This document shows positions 60,222 through 64,000 of a stretch of 64,000 nt of DNA, piece by piece. The notes below the pieces were generated by a model. The model saw only the letters and a program-made list of their open reading frames with translations. It was not told the origin of the DNA and did not search any database. Position numbers and translations under genes: made by a program. Position 1 is the stretch's first letter. Each line of letters opens with the position of its first letter. Origin of the DNA: Prasinococcaceae sp. CCMP 1430 (taxonomy: Eukaryota > Plantae > Prasinodermophyta); assembly GCA_013416795.1 (NCBI GenBank), contig RQSC01000033.1:250583-314582 (forward strand), in the 5' to 3' direction.

Positions 60222-62779
60222 ATGTCGCGAGGGGGCCTTGCGAGACCTCCCCGTCGGGAGCCGAGGGTCCCGCTCGCTTGGCTCGCTGCGGTGCTGGCCG
60301 CAGTGGCAGCGCTTCTGACGGTACGGGCGAGCGCTGTGGGTGACCGCGCGCCGCCGCGAACGCATCTTGAGTGTGCGTGTGCGATGATGGCTATTGCTCC
60401 AGCCTTGCTGACCGCATGGTGCCCTGTTGTGACTGCCCCTACCCCCGCGCCCCACCCTCCCGCGGTCGACGATCGGACGGACCTTAGGTCCTCCCGGCGG
60501 CCATTCCATCAATTCAGGTGTCGATCAACATAGCGAAGGCGTCAGGCAACTCGCCGGCGAGCTACGACTACGACTACGACTACGGGAGCGAGGACCACGA
60601 TGCGGAAATCCGGAGGGTCATGCTGTATTTTATGGGCCTGTTTACGGTGCCCGCGGCGCTGGGAGCGGCGCTGGGAGCCATCGCGCTGGGCATGGCGCGG
60701 GCCGGCGGCGGCGGGCGCTGGCGCGCACGTGCGGTGGCGGGTGTGTTCGTCGTACTCTCGTTCGCCTACGTTGCAATGAGCGTGGCGTACCAATGCAAGT
60801 ACCGCGACGAATGCGATACCTGGCTCGACACAACAGAGGTGCGTAAAAGAAGGCCATGGCCGGAGATGAGCGTGCGCGCGAACGACCGCCGCACGCAGGC
60901 GCGCACTGTCGTGAGCGCGGTGGCCTCATGAGCTCTAACTGACATGCGACATGCTCCCGCTCGTATGCAGTGGGTGGCGTTGTACCTGGGGATTGGCGGC
61001 TCGATAGCACTCGGCGCTGCGCTGCTGCTGGCCGTCGCCCCCTCGCCTGCCATTCTGGCGTCGAGGCTTCCAATGGTGGGCGCAATCAGCGCCCACGCCC
61101 TCGTCGGCCGCGCGGCCTTTCTCGGCATCGCCGCTCACGGCATCCTGTACTTCTTCTATTGGCTGAGCGAGGTGCGGCACGACAACGCGCGACTCATGGC
61201 GGGCTTACCACTCGCACACCCCTCTGCGTCGTTACTGACACGTTTGTGCTCTCGCTGCGCCTCCCACGCCGCGCTCACTCGTCACATCTAGGGTGGACTG
61301 TCGAGGCTCTGGTCGGAAGCCACGGAATGGCCGAGCATTGGCATTGCCAACCTGCCCGGCGTTGTCGCCCTTGTGTGCGCATTGGTGCTGGTGGCGACGT
61401 CGCATGAGTACGTGCGGCGAGCGCTCTATACTATCTTCTACACGGGCCATATCGCCGGCACTGTCGGCTTCTACGTCTTCGGCGTCATGCACACGAGAGC
61501 CGTATTCTTCTACTGCGCACCTGCCAGCGTGCTGTGGGCTGCGGAGCTCGCGCGGCGTAGTTTGAGGCTCCGCAGTGCCGCGAACGTCACTTGGCTCGGC
61601 GACGGGCTCGCGAGGGTGGAGCTGACACCCCCACAAAGGTCAAAGCTTGCTTCGCTACGTGCGGCGGGATGCGGTGAAGCGCACGCAAACATTTCCAAAG
61701 CGGCTGCTCCGATTCGCTGCTGCTCTTTGGCGGCCCGCTCTCATCCCTATTCCGTAATCGAGTGCGCTGACGGCAGGCTGGTAGCGTACGTCCGCGCGGT
61801 GGGCGTCTGGAGCAAGGCGCTTGTCTCGGTGGCAGGCATGTCGTCAGCGAAGGTGGCCGAGGTGCCCTTAGTGTTCGACGGACTGCAAGAAAGCGCGTCG
61901 ATCGGCGCCACAGGCACCAACGAGGAATTACTCCTCATTGGAGGTGGGACTGGCGTGGTACCGCTGCTAGCGTTCCTCCACAACAGCTACGTACAGCGCG
62001 GAGGCGACGACAATCCAGCCAGTCGCCCGCGCCTGGTGATAGCGGCTCGCTGCGTAGCCGACGTTGAGATGCTCGAGGCGCTTCCTGCCCATGTCAAAGC
62101 GGAGGTGACGGTGTACCACAAGACGGGTGAGGCGAATAACGCCGCAGTGCGTGAGCGCGCCGAGGCAGCGCTCGACCGGCGCGGGCCAGGCGTCACCTCG
62201 GCGGCGAGCGCTGGAGCCAGTGCCGCTGCGCTCGCACTCTGCACCCATGCCTTCGCGTTGTTCGGGTTGGTACTCGGATTCAGGATATCGTTCGAGCTGC
62301 CACAAGTGCCCACCTGGGCCCAGTCACTAGCAGCGATGACGCTGCTCAATGGCTTCGCCGTAGCCTTTTCCGTCGCGACGGCGCACGTGTGCGTGTGGCT
62401 TCTGCAAGTTCTTTCCTCTTGCCGAAGAGGACGTGCGGGCAGATGGTGGTACAAGTTGGATCGTACGCCAGACGAGGGGGTCGAACTCAGCCCGCCTACA
62501 GGAGTGTCGTCAGAGGACGAGGGAGAGAGCGAAGAGATGGTCGCACATGCCAACGACTCTGCGACGGCAGCGCCTGCCGAATGCACCCTACGCGTCGTCG
62601 ATGGTAGGGCAGACATTCCTGCAGTCGTGAAGGCCTTCGCGGCCAGCGCCGCGCTTCGAGGTGCCAAAGCGCGTGTCATGTCCGGGGGGGGTGACTCGCT
62701 GGTCGAAGCGGTGGCCACTGCTGCGGCGTCCTGCGGTGTCGAGGCCCGCGAGGCCGTGGTGAGGCTACACACCGTCTGA
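60222..62779 (+). CDS. Ferric reductase, FRO/FRE family; 4 exons
   Basis: Exons are 60222-60320, 60518-60838, 60971-61171 and 61292-62779, all phase 0. Two H-x13-H heme pairs (HALVGRAAFLGIAAH, HIAGTVGFYVFGVMH), ANLPG..AL...ATS..VRR..Y.IFY, FAD site HPYS and NAD(P)H site IGGGTGVVP. Confidence 0.85.
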
Positions 62780-63637
62780 GTTGTATGTGTGGATTTCCTG
62801 TAACTGTTTGCCAGCACAGCAATGTTCGGCGCCGCCGGGCTGTGGCGTCCCTCCCACGCAGACTCCCCCGTCCCCCTTTCGCCACTGCCGGTGCCACCCG
62901 CGAGCCCCGGCGCTGACTGGATGCATGAGCCCCCTGCTCGCGCGCGCAGGGGTTGTGGCGAACCTCCGCTGCGCCCCCCCGCGGGAGCGGGCCGTGCACG
63001 CGTTTCCGTTTCACGCTTCGTTTTGATGCGCGTCTGATCCCGCGGCGTCCCCCAACCAACGCGCGCGTTGCGGCGTTCGTTCCCCCGCGCGCGCGCGCGC
63101 GCGCGCGCCAATTCGCCAACGAGTGGTTTCGAGTTTGGATGGGATTTCGATCCGTGAATTAGGTCGTTTCGTTCGCGCGCGTGCGCGTGTTTCATCCGCG
63201 CGTTCCGACGGGGGCCGCAGTCGCGCGCGAGGAACGGCGCGGACGAACGGCGGCGGCGGCGCCTGTGAAGGAGGGGTCGATTGCACGCGCGCTGCCAGCG
63301 AGGAACGCGCGTGGGCGAAGGCCCCGCCTTGGCGGGCGCTCGGGGCGCCCCCCTCCCCGTGTAGGACCGCCCCCGGCCGGTGACCTCACCTCGGGGCCCT
63401 GGTGGCCGCCGCTGGGCGCGCCACGGGGCGCCGCACCAGCGAGCGAGCGCCCTGGGCGACGAGGGAGGGCCGCGGACACGGGGGCGGGCGGCGGCGGTTG
63501 GACACGCAGTCGCGCGCGGCCCGTACTTGGGTACCGCCGCAGAGGTCGCGGCGCGCCACTGCGTGCGCGCCTGGCGCCGCGGGGGCGCAGGCGCGGAGGA
63601 CCTCCCCCAGCCCGCGTGTTTCCCCCCACCGCGCGCC

Positions 63638-64000
63638 ATGGCGGCCAGCAAGCGTGGCAGCGGCGGAGTCGATCTCGACAACCGCAGCTGCCGCGACCTG
63701 TTCTTCCTGATTTTCTTTCTCGCCTTCTGGGTGGGCATGTTCATCGTCGCGGGCATCGCGGGCACTGAGGGCGACTACAACCGCCTGCTCTACCCGCTCG
63801 ACGGGTATGGCGAGCAGGTACGCAGCAGCGTGAGAGCGACGGCGAGGGCGCGCGAGAGGTCACTCGCCCTGCGCGAGCGAGTGGACGCGTTTACTCCGCC
63901 GAGCCCACGCGTGCGTGCCCATACCCACACCACCCCGCCCCCGAGTCGTCCTGCTGACCGCCGCGTACCCTCTGCTGTGCCGCTCGCAGTGCGGCGAGGA
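63638..64000 (+). CDS. Choline transporter-like protein (CTL/SLC44); continues beyond the window
   Basis: Exon 1 is 63638-63817 (NRSCRDLFFLIFFLAFWVGM...RLLYPLDGYGEQ); intron 63818-63989; exon 2 starts at 63990 (CGE). Confidence 0.88.
   Translation, partial: MAASKRGSGGVDLDNRSCRDLFFLIFFLAFWVGMFIVAGIAGTEGDYNRLLYPLDGYGEQVRSSVRATARARERSLALRERVDAFTPPSPRVRAHTHTTPPPSRPADRRVPSAVPLAVRRG

Noticed and set aside
61987-63765. 592-aa minus-strand ORF and the similar long antisense ORFs throughout the window
   Set aside because: They lie antisense to well-supported genes and have low-complexity R/A/P/G composition; stop-codon scarcity at high GC explains them.

Overview
Eukaryotic nuclear DNA, gene-dense and very GC-rich (about 70% by eye, not computed). 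Short spliceosomal introns (GTGCGY/GTGAG/GTACGC donors, CTGAC/CTAAC-like branch points, weak pyrimidine tracts) and TGTAA motifs after several stop codons fit a green alga of prasinophyte grade; this is an inference. About 31 protein-coding genes were modelled by hand-splicing the ORF track. The left half is mostly housekeeping: DEAD-box helicase, two ArfGAPs, GrpE, SPFH, RPL28, U2AF65, RFC2, QNG1, CCR4-like EEP, SWC4/DMAP1, EDEM-type GH47 and PP2C. The right half (about 39-59 kb) is richer in Cys-rich or extracellular proteins and bacterial-looking enzymes: a class III adenylate cyclase, an LCM-type methyltransferase and two paralogous FG-GAP propeller proteins. The strongest hidden signal is an MsrA whose catalytic codon is an in-frame TGA (U-F-W-G, 29126-29137), missed by the ORF track. 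It has a SECIS-like hairpin in its 3' UTR, an unusual two-helix hydrophobic tail, and an unresolved 5' exon squeezed against SWC4. Four N gaps and three single Ns limit some models. No tRNA, rRNA, CRISPR array or transposase was recognised.
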